A stretch of 64,000 nt of DNA. It comes from the human T2T-CHM13v2.0 reference genome, Homo sapiens. A program made the position numbers and the translations under genes. The notes below the pieces were generated by a model. It searched no databases and had not been told where the DNA came from. It was given only the letters and a program-made list of their open reading frames with translations. Of this stretch, positions 1-33,689 are shown in pieces. Position 1 is the first letter of the stretch. Each line of letters begins with the position of its first letter. The stretch lies in NCBI RefSeq assembly GCF_009914755.1, contig NC_060944.1; one strand, given 5' to 3'.

Positions 1-517
1 AAGTCATTTCAGTACGTGCTGCTTGTGTCCTATTGTTTTGGCTGTTCTGGGCCAGGGGAAGGAGATGAGGAAGGAGGGATAGGTAGGGTACCACTTGCCA
101 CAATCTCTGTGGCTCAAGAGAGAAAGGCCTTTGGCTGGGAGAGGGTGGGACATTACACAACATCTCCTGTTTATTGGGCAGCATTTCAATCAATCAACCA
201 GAATCCTCAGGCCAAAAGTTCTACAGATTATCTCCAAACTCATTTTACAGATAAAGTGGGTGGGGGGAGATAAAGGGTGGGGATACTTGTCAGAGATCAC
301 AGAATGAGTCTATGACAAAATCAGGGCCCAGACTGAAGTTCCTAACTCCACTACAGCCAATACTTATTGAGAACCTACTGGGTGCCAGGCAGTTCTTGGC
401 ATAGTGAACAAGAAAGATATAAAACAGGCAAGGTCCCTGCCCTCAAGGAGCTTACATCCTATCCTAGGGGGTATTGCCTCTAAGAGGGCCTCTGTCTCCA
501 GGGCTTCCATCCTAATC

Positions 518-710
518 CAGTGGTTCTCAAACTTCAAAGTGCATGAGAATCACTTGGAGAAGAGGGGATATGTTTTAAATGCATATTTCTGCCTCCATAA
601 TCAGGGAATAGGTAGAACATGCCTGGAAATCTGCATTTTTAAAGTTCTTCAGGTGTGTTTAAAGAACATGCCTGGGAATCCTGCATTCTGGTGCAAGCGG
701 ATCTGAGGAC
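518..710. mobile_element. MER5-type hAT-Charlie DNA transposon remnant
   Basis: cagtggttctcaaactt...gaatcac...ctgcatttttaa. Confidence 0.6.
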
Positions 711-730
711 CTGGACCTTGCAGATCTTTT

Positions 731-1037
<307 letters not shown>

Positions 1038-1403
1038 AAGGACCACTACTTTAAAGTACCCTCCATAAACCTGATCATGGCATTTCCTTGCTTTAGAACC
1101 TCCCATGGTTCCCCAGTGCCTTCAGGATAAAGGTCAAACTCTTCTGCCAAACTCTGACTTTTGGAAACTGGGCCTAAAACCATCTTGAGTCTCATCTCTG
1201 ACATAACCCACCTGGCCCCCATAGCCTCTCCATACCACCCATTTTCCTGTTTCCATAAGACTCTCCTGATTGCCATCCAACAGGCTTTCTCGGCCATGCT
1301 TTCATGCAGGTGGAGCCCCAGTTTTTCAAGGGTCCCCCTCCAAAGTGCCCAGGGAATGTAACCCTGACCTGGCCCCAGGAGACAAATCATGATTGACCAA
1401 AGA

Positions 1404-1576
1404 CAGTGGTTTCCAAACTGTGGTCTCCAGAATAGTAGCACCAGGGAACTTGTTATAAATGCAGATTCTCAGGCCTCAGATCTATTAAATCAGCCACCAT
1501 GTGAATGGGGCACAGCAATCTGTTTGACAGGCCTTCTGGGTGATTCTGATGCATGCCTACATTTGAGGACAATTGG
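1404..1576. mobile_element. MER5A-like DNA transposon
   Basis: cagtggtttccaaactgtggtc...aaatgcagattctcaggcc...tttgaggacaattg. Confidence 0.7.
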
Positions 1577-2340
1577 TCTAAGATAATTCCCCTGACCAGG
1601 GATTGATGGGGGCAGGGGCATGTGACCCAATTCTGGTGAGGTAGGGACTGCTAAGTGTCCACCAGTATCCATGTTCCTCCTTTTCTATAAAGAGTTTTTA
1701 GCTAGGCACATAGCCACTCAGAATAAAAGACTACATTTCCCAGCCTCCTTTGCAGCTAGGCTCAGCTATGAACCAAGTTCTGGCCAAGAAGAAATTTGTG
1801 CTACTTACATCACTTTAAAGAGACAGATCATGTTCTCTGCTTTGTTAACCCTGCTGGCTGGACTGCAGCTGGGTGGAGAGAGCCATCTTGCAGTTGATAG
1901 CAGAACCACTGCTTGGTGGAACAAAATAGGAGACTTCAAGGTCCAGGACCCAGGGAGCTACCACACCCACCCTTGACTGTTACCTGAAGAAGAGAGAAAC
2001 TCTCCTGTTTAGGTCCGTTATTCGGTCTTTGACACAGCCAAATATGTCCTGGCAAATGCATCTGGCCCCTGGCTTCTTAAGGGAAATCTTTTGAAGATTC
2101 CCGGGAAAGGTTTTTCTCCATGAAAGAAAGACACACAAGAAGGGGAAACCCTTGGCCTTATCTCGGGATGGTATCATGTGCCGCTCCCAAGGCCACTGCA
2201 GCCATCTTGCCAGGTTCGTGAGTCTGCTCAGGCTGCCATAACAAAATACCACAGACCGGGCAGCTTAAACAACAGAAATTTATTTCCTGACAGTTCTGGA
2301 GGCTGGAAGTCCAAGATCAAGGCATTGGCAGAGTTGGTTT

Positions 2341-2891
2341 TGTTACAGGAAAGGGCTCCCCATCCAGACCCCGAGAGACGGTTCTTGTATCTCACGCGAG
2401 AAGGAATTCAGGGCGGGTCCGTACAGTACAGGGAAAGCAAGTTTATTAAGAAAGTAGAGGAATAAAAGAACGGCTACTCCATATGCAGAGCAGCCCAAAG
2501 GCTGCTAGTTGCCCATTTTTATGGTTATTTCTTGATTATATGCTAAACAAGGGGTGGATTATTCATGCCTCCCCCTTTTAGACCATATAGGGTAACTTCC
2601 TGATGTTGCCATGGCATTTGTAAACTGTCATGGTGCTGGTGGGAGTGTAGCAGTGAGGATGACCAGAGGTCAGTCTCATGGCCATCTTGGTTTTGGTGGG
2701 ATTTAGCCGGCTTCTTTACTGCAACTGTTTTATCAGCAAGGTCTTTATGACCTGTATCTTGTGCTGACCTCTGTCTCATCCTGCGACTTAGAATGCCTTA
2801 ACTGTCTGGAAATGCAGCCCAGTAGGTCTCAGCCTCATTCTACCTAGCTTCTATTCAAGATGGAGTTGCTCTGGTTCAAACACTTCTGACA
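2341..2891 (-). mobile_element. MER41 (MER41A-length) ERV1 solo LTR
   Basis: TGTTACAGGAAAGGG...GGAGTTGCTCTGGTTCAAACACTTCTGACA, 551 bp, TG..CA ends, 4-bp TSD GTTT (2337-2340 / 2892-2895). Confidence 0.85.
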
Positions 2892-3010
2892 GTTTCTCCT
2901 GAGGCCTCTCTCCATGGCTTGCAGATGGCCGTCTTCCCACTGTGTTCTCACATGGCCTTTCCCTGTACACAAGTGACCCTGCTGTCTCGGTGTGTCCAAA
3001 TTTCCTCTTT

Positions 3011-3294
3011 TCTTTCCTTTTTTTATTTTTATTGGAGTTGGAGTCTCACTCTGTCACTCAGTCTGGAGTGCAGTGGCGTGATCCCAGCTCACTGCAACCT
3101 CTGCCTCCCAGGTTCAAGTGATTCTCCTGCCTCAGCCTCCTGAGTAGCTGGGATTACAGGTGCGTGCCACCACACCCAGCTAATTTTGTATATTTAGTAG
3201 AGATGGGGTTTCACCATGTTAGCCAGGCTGATCTCGAACTCCAACCTCAGGTGATCTGCGTGCCTTGGTCTCCCAAAGTGCTGAGATTACAGGT
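3011..3294 (-). mobile_element. Alu (AluS-like)
   Basis: Alu consensus; TSD caaatttcctctt on both sides. Confidence 0.9.
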
Positions 3295-5007
3295 GCAAAT
3301 TTCCTCTTCATATAAGGACACCAGGGAGATTGGATTAAGGCCCACCCTAACTGCCTCATTTTAACTTCATCACCTCTTTAAAGACCCTATCTTCATATAC
3401 TATTACATTCTGAGGTACTGGGGGTTAGGGCTTCAACAAATAAATTGGAGCGACACAATAACACCAGCAAAGTAAAAAATATAAAGGAATTTGATGCCAG
3501 TGTTGAGCTGCTCAAATAACCTGAAAACCCTCATTATTGGACTTGTTTTAAGAGAGAATAAATGTTCCTTCTTGTCTAAGCCACCTTTGGCGGGGTTGTC
3601 TGTTCCTTGCAGGCAGAACTCTGGCACTGTGTTTGCTCAAGCTGTTCCCTCTGCCCAGAGTAACTTTCCTTCCATTCACCCTTCAAGGTTTGGCTTGAAT
3701 GCCACCGGCCTGGGGAATGGCTCCTGATTCTGCCTTTCCCAAACAAGTCGCTGGCCTGATACCAGAGTTCTTGGCTTGTGTGTCTTTGTCTCTAACCAGA
3801 TCATGGTCAGCATGTGCACTGACCACCTGCTGCTAATATCCCCACTCCTGCCCATGGCAGGCATTGATAATCAATCCCTTCTTCCTGCTGGGAGTAGATC
3901 CGGTTTTTATAATCCTCTACGCAGCCCTCCAGGCAGCCCCTGCCAATCAACTGGAGGTGGTTCAAAAGAGATGAATCCTATCTGCCACAATTGTTAAGTC
4001 TTTGAGAGCAGGGACTTTGTTTTGCTCATCTCTTCTTTGATTCACAAGCTAATTTTAATAATATGTTATCATTGTGCACTTCTGTTCCCATTCAATCCCT
4101 GCAGCAGCCTTCCAAGGCAGGTACTGCCATTATCCTGCTTTTGACACGTGAGGGCTCTGAGGCGCTAAGAGATGAGGTAATGTGTTCAAGGTCATATACA
4201 TTTGAGCCTATATCCACCATCTCCAACCACTTCCGCTGACATTTACTAAGCACTTCATCTGTTATGGCTCTGCAGGGAGCACTGCAGGGAATACAGAGAT
4301 AGTTTTCTAATTTTAGTGGCATGCAAAACACTTATTGTCCTATTTGAGATTCCCAGCAGTTCAGTGATGTTTGGAGCTAGTCCAGGAATAATATAAGCTT
4401 CCATTTTATAGACAGGGAAATTGAGGCCCAGAGAGAGGAAAAGGCTTGCAAAAGCCAGTCATGGAGATGCCAGAGCAAGAGACCACATGTCTCATGCCCG
4501 GCTGCTGCTCCAAGGGTGGGAATTCTGGGCTGGCTCAAGGGGTTAAGTTGGAGCTTTCACATCCAGAGCAGAGTCAGGAATTGGCTAGCACACCCTGGCC
4601 TCTTCCTGTTCGCCTGGCAGGCTGAGTGGAGATCTCACTTCCTGAGCTGGGGGGTGACCCGGCAGGATGCAGGGGAGCAGGAGGGAGTGGCTGTGAGAGC
4701 CAGCACTAAGCAACCTGGGCCATTTCCCCTCCAAGGGAGGGGAAGGAAGAGGAAGGGCTAGTGGCTAGGAGTCTCCTGTAGCTCTCACACCCAGAAGCGC
4801 GTTGGGGAGCTCTGACCCTCCCTTCAGGGCACTGATCTTGAACACCAGGCTTTCAGAAAAAGCCTTTCAGTAGAATCCAGTGCATTGGTACTTTACAGTT
4901 TCTAACTGCTCTTCCATCCATGGCCTGTGTCTTTCTGGCCACAGCTCTGATGAGCAGAGCAGGGCTTTGGGAAATTATTATTCCCATTGGAAAGATAAGA
5001 AAGCTGA

Positions 5008-5069
5008 CCGATCTCGTCTGATCTCGGAAGCTAAGCAGGGTCGGGCCTGGTTAGTACTTGGATGGGAGA
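5008..5069 (+). pseudogene. 5S rRNA retropseudogene fragment (about nt 29-90 of 5S), tailless, with 16-bp TSD
   Basis: CCGATCTCGTCTGATCTCGGAAGCTAAGCAGGGTCGGGCCTGGTTAGTACTTGGATGGGAGA matches human 5S; flanked by agataagaaagctgac at 4993-5008 and 5067-5082. Confidence 0.95.
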
Positions 5070-5496
5070 TAAGAAAGCTGACGCCAAGAGAGGTTACAAT
5101 GAGCAACCTGGACCAGGTCATATACAGCAAATCAGTTCCAGAGCTTAGGTCTCCAGAACCCAGGTGTCTTGGCAAGGTGTGGATGGGCCACACAGAACCT
5201 TTCCATCTGTCCTGGGTGGGGCATGCAGAATGCATAGGTCCTAGAGGTAAGGAACGCTAGGCTCAGATCCAGACCAGCCAGAAATCCCAGGTCCTCCTCT
5301 TACTCACTGTGTGACCTCCTTGAACCAGGCTCTGAACTTCAGCCTCAGTTTCAAAAATCTGTATAATAGGTACTATCATGGTACTCAACACTGTGAGTAA
5401 GTTAAAATATGTAAAGTGTTCAGCACAGAGCCACAAAGGGGACCTTGCCTCCCTAATATACTCCCAAGAGAGCAAAACAGCTCAAGACCCTATGAA

Positions 5497-5960
5497 CATG
5501 GTCAGAATAAAAATGGAGTCACTAATGTTAAGAAAACCTTGACAAATAGAGCTGGGGAAGGCCATAGAGGGTTTTCATGCTTGCATAACAAATAAGACTG
5601 ATAACAAAACAGATAACAACAAGACTGATAACAAAAAAGACTACAAAAATCACAACCTTGCACAAAGGCCATTGAAACCTTGCACAAAAAATACTTCCGC
5701 AAGGACATCTGCCCAGCAACTGCCTGTCCAACTTTAGACTGGCATCACCCTTGCTATTGATCTTTGCAATCAAGAATAATTATTTCAGAAACAATAATGT
5801 AATCCTTATTTTTTTCCTTTAAAAATCTTTGTCTTCCCCCCACCTCCCTGAAAATGCACATCGCTTACTATGGCATATGGGTAATTCCCACTGCAATGCT
5901 TAATTCCTAAGTGAAACATCTTTTATTTTAGAGAGCCTCTGTTTGTTCTTTAATTTGACA
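5497..5960 (+). mobile_element. ERV solo LTR (LTR47/MER72-like)
   Basis: aaaatggagtcactaatgttaagaaaacc...cacaaaggcc...aaggacatctgcccagcaactg...ttgaca; homologous to 11978-12390. Confidence 0.65.
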
Positions 5961-5994
5961 ACCACTAAGCAGGTAAACAGTTAATGTTTACTGA

Positions 5995-6324
<330 letters not shown>

Positions 6325-6799
6325 TGAGTACTTAATATGTGCCAGAAGTTCTTCTAGGTGCATTTAATCCCCGCAAGGTCACTATGAGGTTAAACTAGTA
6401 TTATGCTCATTTTAAAGACGGGAAAACTGAGGCACTGGTGGTTAAGGGACTTCCCAAAGGTCATAACCCTAGTAAGTGCCAAAGCCAGGATTCGAATTCA
6501 AGCAGCCTATCTTCAAAGCCCACGCATACTGCCTCCCTTAATAGTAATGATTAATTTTTTAAAATCATAACTTGCTTGGCTACAATACTCTCTATAAGGC
6601 ACTTTCCATCCACCTTTTCATTTCTCACCACAGCAGCCTAGGGAGGGAGGCAGTGTTGACTCCCAACTTATAGAGAGGAGGGGGAAACAGGCTGTGACAG
6701 GGGGAACTGACTTGCCTTGCCAAGGTCACACAACAAGGTCAGTGGCAGAAGTAGGGCTGGAACTTGGAATTTTCCAAACCAGGACTTCAAATGTGGGGG

Positions 6800-7086
6800 G
6801 CCCTTTCCCAGCCTTGGCCAATTCCCAAGCTCCCCCAATAACCCGCCTTCTGGCTAGAGGCCTTGAGCCTCCCTCCTCAGGTCAGCTCTGCCTGGGCTTC
6901 CACCCTTCAGCTGCAGGGTCCCAAGGCTGTGTCCTCCACACCCCCTGCCCTCCCCATCAGATGGGAGGGGCAGGAACTCCAGGGCTGGTGGAGTTTCCGA
7001 CCAGGCAGGAAAAAGAACAAAGGAACTGGATGTGGGGGTGGAAGGGATGGCCAGGAGGGTGGCAGGAGTAGAGGGGACATTTCACC
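6800..7086 (+). promoter_or_regulatory. CCM2L proximal promoter/5' UTR, TATA-less, ETS (GGAA)-dense
   Basis: Non-repeat purine-rich segment with caggaa/aggaa cores at about 6971, 7006, 7021 and 7040, just upstream of the ATG. Confidence 0.55.
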
Positions 7087-27946
<20,860 letters not shown>

Positions 27947-28654
27947 CCACCGCCCCTGCGGACGGCGTGGCTCAGCAGCCCACCTCTGAGTCTCAGCTTT
28001 GCTTCGGGGACCCTATCCCCAGGGCCCCCCCATCACACCTGGCGGGGCCGGGGGGTCTTCACTCCAGGGTCTCGCTCCCTGCCCTTGGGGCCCGGGGCCA
28101 TGCAGTACCTGGAGTGTCCTGCAGGGGGAAAGCGAAGCCGGGCCCTGAAGTCCGGGGCAGTCACCCGGGGCTCCTGGGCCGCTCTGCCGGGCTGGGGCTG
28201 AGCAGCGATCCTGCTTTGTCCCAGAAGTCCAGAGGGATCAGCCCCAGAACACACCCTCCTCCCCGGGACGCCGCAGCTTTCTGGAGGCTGAGGAAGGCAT
28301 GAAGAGTGGGCTCCACCTGCTGGCCGACTGAGAAAAGAATTTCCAGAACTCGGTCCTATTTTACAGATTGAGAAACTATGGTTCAAGAAGAGAGGACGGG
28401 GCTTGAGGGAATCTCCTGATTCTCCTTATATGACCTCAAACTGACCATACTAAACAGTGTAGAAGGTCTTTTTAAGGCTCTAAATGTCAGGGTCTCCCAT
28501 CCCCTGATGCCTGACTTGTACAGTCAGTGTGGAGTAGACGGTTTCCTCCACCCAGGGTTGACTCAGGGGGATGATCTGGGTCCCATTCTGGTCTTAAGAC
28601 CCCAAACAAGGGTTTTTTCAGCTCCAGGATCTGGAGCCTCTATCTGGTTAGTGT

Positions 28655-28797
28655 CGTAACCTCTGTGTGCCTCCCGTTACCCCATCTGTCCAGTGAGCTC
28701 AGCCCCCATCCACCTAACAGGGTGGCCACAGGGATTACTGAGGGTTAAGACCTTAGAACTGGGTCTAGCACCCGATAAGAGCTCAATAAATGTTGTT
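28655..28797 (+). mobile_element. Degenerate MIR forming the end of the CCM2L 3' UTR
   Basis: taacctctgtgtgcctc..ccatctgt...acagggt...ggatta...agcac...taagagctcaataaatgtt follows MIR motif order. Confidence 0.65.
28785..28790 (+). terminator. Polyadenylation signal AATAAA of CCM2L
   Basis: gctcAATAAAtgtt; first canonical hexamer after the stop. Confidence 0.8.
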
Positions 28798-29799
28798 CCT
28801 TTCCACATCAAACATTTTATGACTCAGTTTACCTTTCTTGCCTTGTAATAAGCAAAAGATGTCTGGGTGCATCCTACCCCAACTGAAGTGGTGGTGAGCT
28901 ATTCAGAAGATCCTCAGGGGAGTTCACTGTTTGGGAAGAAGAAACAGTACTTGTTCCCTTGCAGCCTTGTTACAGCCTAGCTCTGTGCTCAAGTCACAAA
29001 CAAGAAATAGCCAAGACTCCACAGGCAGCTATCTGGGAGTCTGGGGTAGTCAAAGAAATGGGAAGGAAAGGTTGGAGAGGTAGAGAAGTCAGGATAAGGA
29101 CAGCATTCAGCACAGCCTGAGTAAAGGCTGGAAAGCTAAAAGGGATGAGGCCTGAGAGGAGGCCAGAGACTCACATAGGAGATCCAAAATGTGTTTGTAA
29201 AACCTTGCAAAGGCTTCCATGGCCAGACACATTGTACACACCATAAAATAGGCACTGTTAGCAATTTTCAAAAAAATGTTATTAGGACTCCAGGTCCAAA
29301 GAGTTCCATAATTCATACTTGGTTTGTGGTAAATGATCATCCCATCATCACTGGTCCATGTAGGGCCCTTCTGATGTTTTATTTTACCCTCTCCTGATCC
29401 ACATGTTCCCCACACTCCTTTTCCCTCTTTACTATGAGCGCCTAACCCTATGTGCTGATATATGTCCCTGGACCTAAACTACACAGTGCTTTGTGTGTGT
29501 GTTTGTATAAATGATATTACATAAGAATTTCACTCTATTCCTTCTCTCACTCTGTAATGTTTTTCTATTTAAAAAGAAAACTAAGAAAATTTTTAGAGAC
29601 AGGTTTTTGCTCTGTCACCCAGGCTGGACTGCAATGGTGCAGTGACAGCTCACTGCAAGAACTCCTGGGCTTAAGTGATCCTCCTGCCTCGCCCTCCCAA
29701 AGTGCTGGGATTAAAGGCATGAACCACCAAGCCCAGCCACCCTATAATGTTTTAAATACCTACATATGTGCTGTTGAAAAATCTCACTGTTGCATCCAA

Positions 29800-30385
29800 C
29801 TGCTGCAAAATATTTCGAGTTGAGCATCCGCTGTTTTCTTTATCCATCTCCCCAGAGATGAACACCCAGGTTGCTTCCAACTCCCTCTTACCACAAACAA
29901 CACTGTGATTGATGAACATTTTTGTACATGAAACTTATGGGCCTATGTGAGCATTTCTTTGGGCTCTAAATCCAAGAGTGGAATTACTAGATCACAGGGC
30001 AGGTTTTGAATTTCATTAACTTCTTCCAGAATGGCTTTCACCAACGGTGAGTGAAGGATGCTGTTTCCCGACATCTTCATCAGATTTTTCATCATCTGAT
30101 TTTGTAACTTTGCATTCAGTGTGGGTGTAAGGTGGCAAGTTGTTTTAATTTGCATTTCTCTGTTAATCCTGAAATTTATAACTTCCTTCTATACTAGTCA
30201 GCCATTTGAGCTTTCCTTTCTGTGACTTCCTTGTTCATATCTTTTGTTCATTTCCTACTGGGCTTCCTGTCTTTTTCTCATTGATTTGCAAGAGTAGTTT
30301 ATAAATTTTAGATATTAATCCCTTTTGGATGTTGATGTTCCAGGTATATTCACCTAATATATTTGCCTTCTGTCAAGTTTATCTG
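29800..30385 (-). mobile_element. Old L1 (L1M) fragment
   Basis: gagtggaattactagatca...gttttaatttgcatttctctg. Confidence 0.65.
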
Positions 30386-30504
30386 TGACAGTACTCAAAC
30401 TTCAGCAGGCATCAGAATGTCCTGGAAGGCTTGCTAAAACACAGATGTCTGAGCCCCACTCCTAGAGATTCTCCATAAGAGAAGGGGAAGGGCCTGAAAA
30501 TTTG

Positions 30505-30777
30505 CTTTTTCTTTTTTGGGGGGACAGAGTCTTGCTCTGTCACCCAGGCTGGTGTGCAGTGACGCAATCTCAGCTCACTGCAACCTCTGTGCCTCAGCCT
30601 GCTGAGTAGCTGGGATTACAGGCATGCGCCACCATGCCTGTCTAATTTTTGTATTTTTAGTAGAGATTGGGTTTCACCATGTTGGCCAGGCTGGTCTCAA
30701 ACTCCTGACCTCAGGTATCTGCCCTCCTCGGCCATCCAAAGTGCTGGGATTACAGGCATGAGCCATCGTGCCTGGCC
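30505..30777 (-). mobile_element. Alu within a MER5 remnant
   Basis: Reverse Alu consensus. Confidence 0.88.
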
Positions 30778-32539
30778 AATAATTTGCATTTCTAACAAGT
30801 ACCCAGGTGATGCTGATGGTCCAGGGACCGCTCTGAGAACAACTGATTTGTGATGGCTTCCATTGGGCAAACTTGTTCTATTGAGCAAATTCCTTAATTT
30901 TGAGGTTGTCGATTTTATTTATTTTCATTTTCTGGATGAAGGAACTGGAGTTCAAGAGGTGAAGTGAATACCCCAAGGTCACACAGTGAGCTGGGCTTTG
31001 GACTCATGTCTGGCTAACCCAGAGCCCATGTCCCTAGCCTCTCTACTGTCCTGTCTCTGAGACTTTGGGATGTAGTGGCCGTAGCCTGAGGCATTCCGAC
31101 CTGAGGCTACAGGGAGCCTTAGTAAGTTCCTGAGCAAGGCAGCCGGAGAGGGAACAGTTGGTTGGGTAGGGACAGGGGCCAAAGATATAGGAGTCTCTCT
31201 TAAAGGCCTTGGGGCTTTCCAAGAAAAGCTCAAAAACTGCCGAAAATCCTAGCCACAGCACAGTGACAGGGCTGCTGAGAGGCACTGGGACAGACAGTTC
31301 TTACCCCACAGCTCCAGGGATGGGGTAATTTCCCTCACACCCCAAGGAAGTCCCCACCCGCTCCGGAACTACCCTCTTACCAAAGCCATGTAACCCCTTA
31401 GTTCCTGGGGTCCAAAGGGCACTGTCTGGGGCAACCCAGGCACTGAGTCTGGAGACTCTGGCCACACTTCCTCCTGTAGCATCCAGAGACCCTGCCAGGA
31501 ATTGCTTCCCTTGTTGGTTCAGTTCCTGACATCACAAGAGGGGAAAACCCCCTAGGGGTGGGATAGCTGGTTCCCAAGGACTTCTAGGGGTAGTGCAAGT
31601 ATGGAACTTCCCCACCAGCTGGATCCCCTGGGGACGGTCTTGGCCCAAACGTGAGTGGTAAAATTGTCTCCAGCTGCCGTAGATGGACGCCTCTCCCAAG
31701 GTGGGGCCCTGAAACTTCCTACCCACTCCCCACTTCCACTGGCAGCTCCCAGCAGTCCTTCCCAACTATGTGCTCAGGAGCAGGAGTCCTGGGGCCACTG
31801 TCATTCAGCCGCCAAGCATTTAGAGGGCACTTGCTCTGTGCCAGGCATTGCACAAGACACTAGAGGGAGATACAGCACAGTCTGCCCACTGAGGGGCACA
31901 CTGATGGGGAAAACAGTTCCCAGATAATCATAGCACAAAGTTCTCAATTGTAAAGTCAAAGAGTGAGACACCAGCTCTTTCTGGGGAAGCTGGAAAAGGT
32001 TTCACAGGGGAGGTGAGCCATGAGCGAGAGCTTGAAGGACAAGGTTTTTGGTGGGTGAACAATAGAAGAGAGAGCCCTCCAGATGGGGACCCAGCACAAG
32101 CAAAGGCAGGGGAGCTTGAAGGAGCATGGCGTGCTCTAGGACTGGCAACCGGTTAGCACTCGTGCAGCACTTAGGCTCCCTGGCCAGAGGGTCGGAGGGT
32201 TTTTAATCCGAGCTCTGCCATCTGCTTGTTCGGTGACCTTGGGAAAGCCCCTAAAATGTCCCTGGGTCTTGGTTTCCTCATCTGTAAAGTGGGGTTGATA
32301 ATAGCCTCACCCTCGTAGATCCCATAGATTGTCATGAGTCTTAAGATATTTCACGTAAAAGTATATGTAGAAAGTGCTCAATTAGTGACCATTGTGATAG
32401 CTGGAGGAACACGGAGTGTGTGAGGTGGGGGACGAGGTGGGTGGGTAGGAGTTGCAGGAGAGGAAACCAGAGAAGTGGATAGATTAGAAGCCCTTGAAGG
32501 GCAGGCTAGGAAGCATAGGCAATGGGAGGCTATCTAATG

Positions 32540-32835
32540 TTTGTTGTTGTTATTGTTGTTTTTGTTATCGTTGTTTGAGGCGGGTTCTCACTCTGTCACC
32601 CAGCTGGAGTGCAGTGGAACAATCAAAGCTCACTGCAGCCTCCAGCTCCTGGGCTCAAGCCATTCTCAGCCTTCAAAGTAGCAGAATTACAGGTGTGCGC
32701 CACCAGGCCTGGCTATTTCTAAATTTTTTTTGTAGAGACGTGCTCTCTTTATGTTGCCCAGGATGGTCTTGAACTCCTGAGCTCAAGGGATCCACCCGCC
32801 TGAGCCTCCCAAAGTGCTGAGATTACAGGCGTGAA
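32540..32835 (-). mobile_element. Alu (AluJ)
   Basis: Reverse Alu consensus. Confidence 0.85.
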
Positions 32836-33689
32836 CAAAGGTGCCCCACCTGGGAACAAGCCAGGGGACCTGCATTTTCTTGAAGCGAATCAAGCTGCTG
32901 GAGAGGAGGATCAATAGGAAAACAGAGGAGCGTCTGGAAGCAGGGAAGTGGGGAGGAGGCTGGAACCAGGACCACATGAGAGATGGTAAGACCTGACTGA
33001 GCTGGGGTAAGAGGAAGGAAGAGGAGAGAGTAGGTTCAAAGAGGAAAGAAGAGAAAGAGAACTCTGCCTACCCCCACCCCCACTCAGAAATAGTAGCCCC
33101 TCACATTCTTTGACCAAATTCATTCGTTCATTCATTCATTCATTCCACAACCATTTATTTAGCATTTAAACCCTGGCCTCTTGGAGTTTACATTCTAGGA
33201 GTTTATATTACTATTAAATGTTACTAGGAGCTTCCAGATGCAGTAACGACCCAATCAGGTCTAAATGGCCAGAAATTGATGGCCCTCTTGGTGGGTCCTC
33301 CCACTTGACTTGTTGCTTATCCTCAGGTATTTCAGAGCAGGGGCAGAGGGGTCTTAAAGCCAGGCCAGCCTGTTCTGCCCACTTCCTACCTTGGGGAGTT
33401 CACTGTCTCCTATGGCAGCCCCTTCTATCCAATGCAAGAGCTAACATCCACCTCCTTGTCCCCCCACTCCCTGCCCGCCGTCCCCAGGGCCCCCCACCTG
33501 GCTTCTAACATCACCTTTAAGAGCCCTACACGGTATCCCTGATGCCTCAGCCACTGGGCAGCCCTGCAGCAACGTGCAGAAAATGATGCAATCTGCAGAA
33601 ACTTCTCAACTTCTCATTTATATCTAAAAGCAGACTGTTCTCAAAAAAAATATTTTCAAAGCCTATCATGCAGACAAAGGGGGAGTGCG

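Larger units (their letters stand above)
2218..3460 (-). mobile_element. MLT1 (MaLR) LTR, interrupted by MER41A and an Alu
   Basis: ggctgccataacaaaataccacaga...ttctggaggctggaagtccaagatcaagg; resumes at 2892 and 3296 (cttcatataaggacacc...cattctgaggtactgggggttagg). Confidence 0.8.
27947..28810 (+). other. CCM2L: CCM2L 3' UTR (3' end approximate)
   Basis: Runs from the stop codon to the first AATAAA (28785-28790), followed by U-rich downstream sequence. Confidence 0.75.

Noticed and set aside
1-500. 3' end of the upstream neighbour gene (XKR7 by synteny recall)
   Set aside because: No coding sequence or clear poly(A) signal visible in the window to support it
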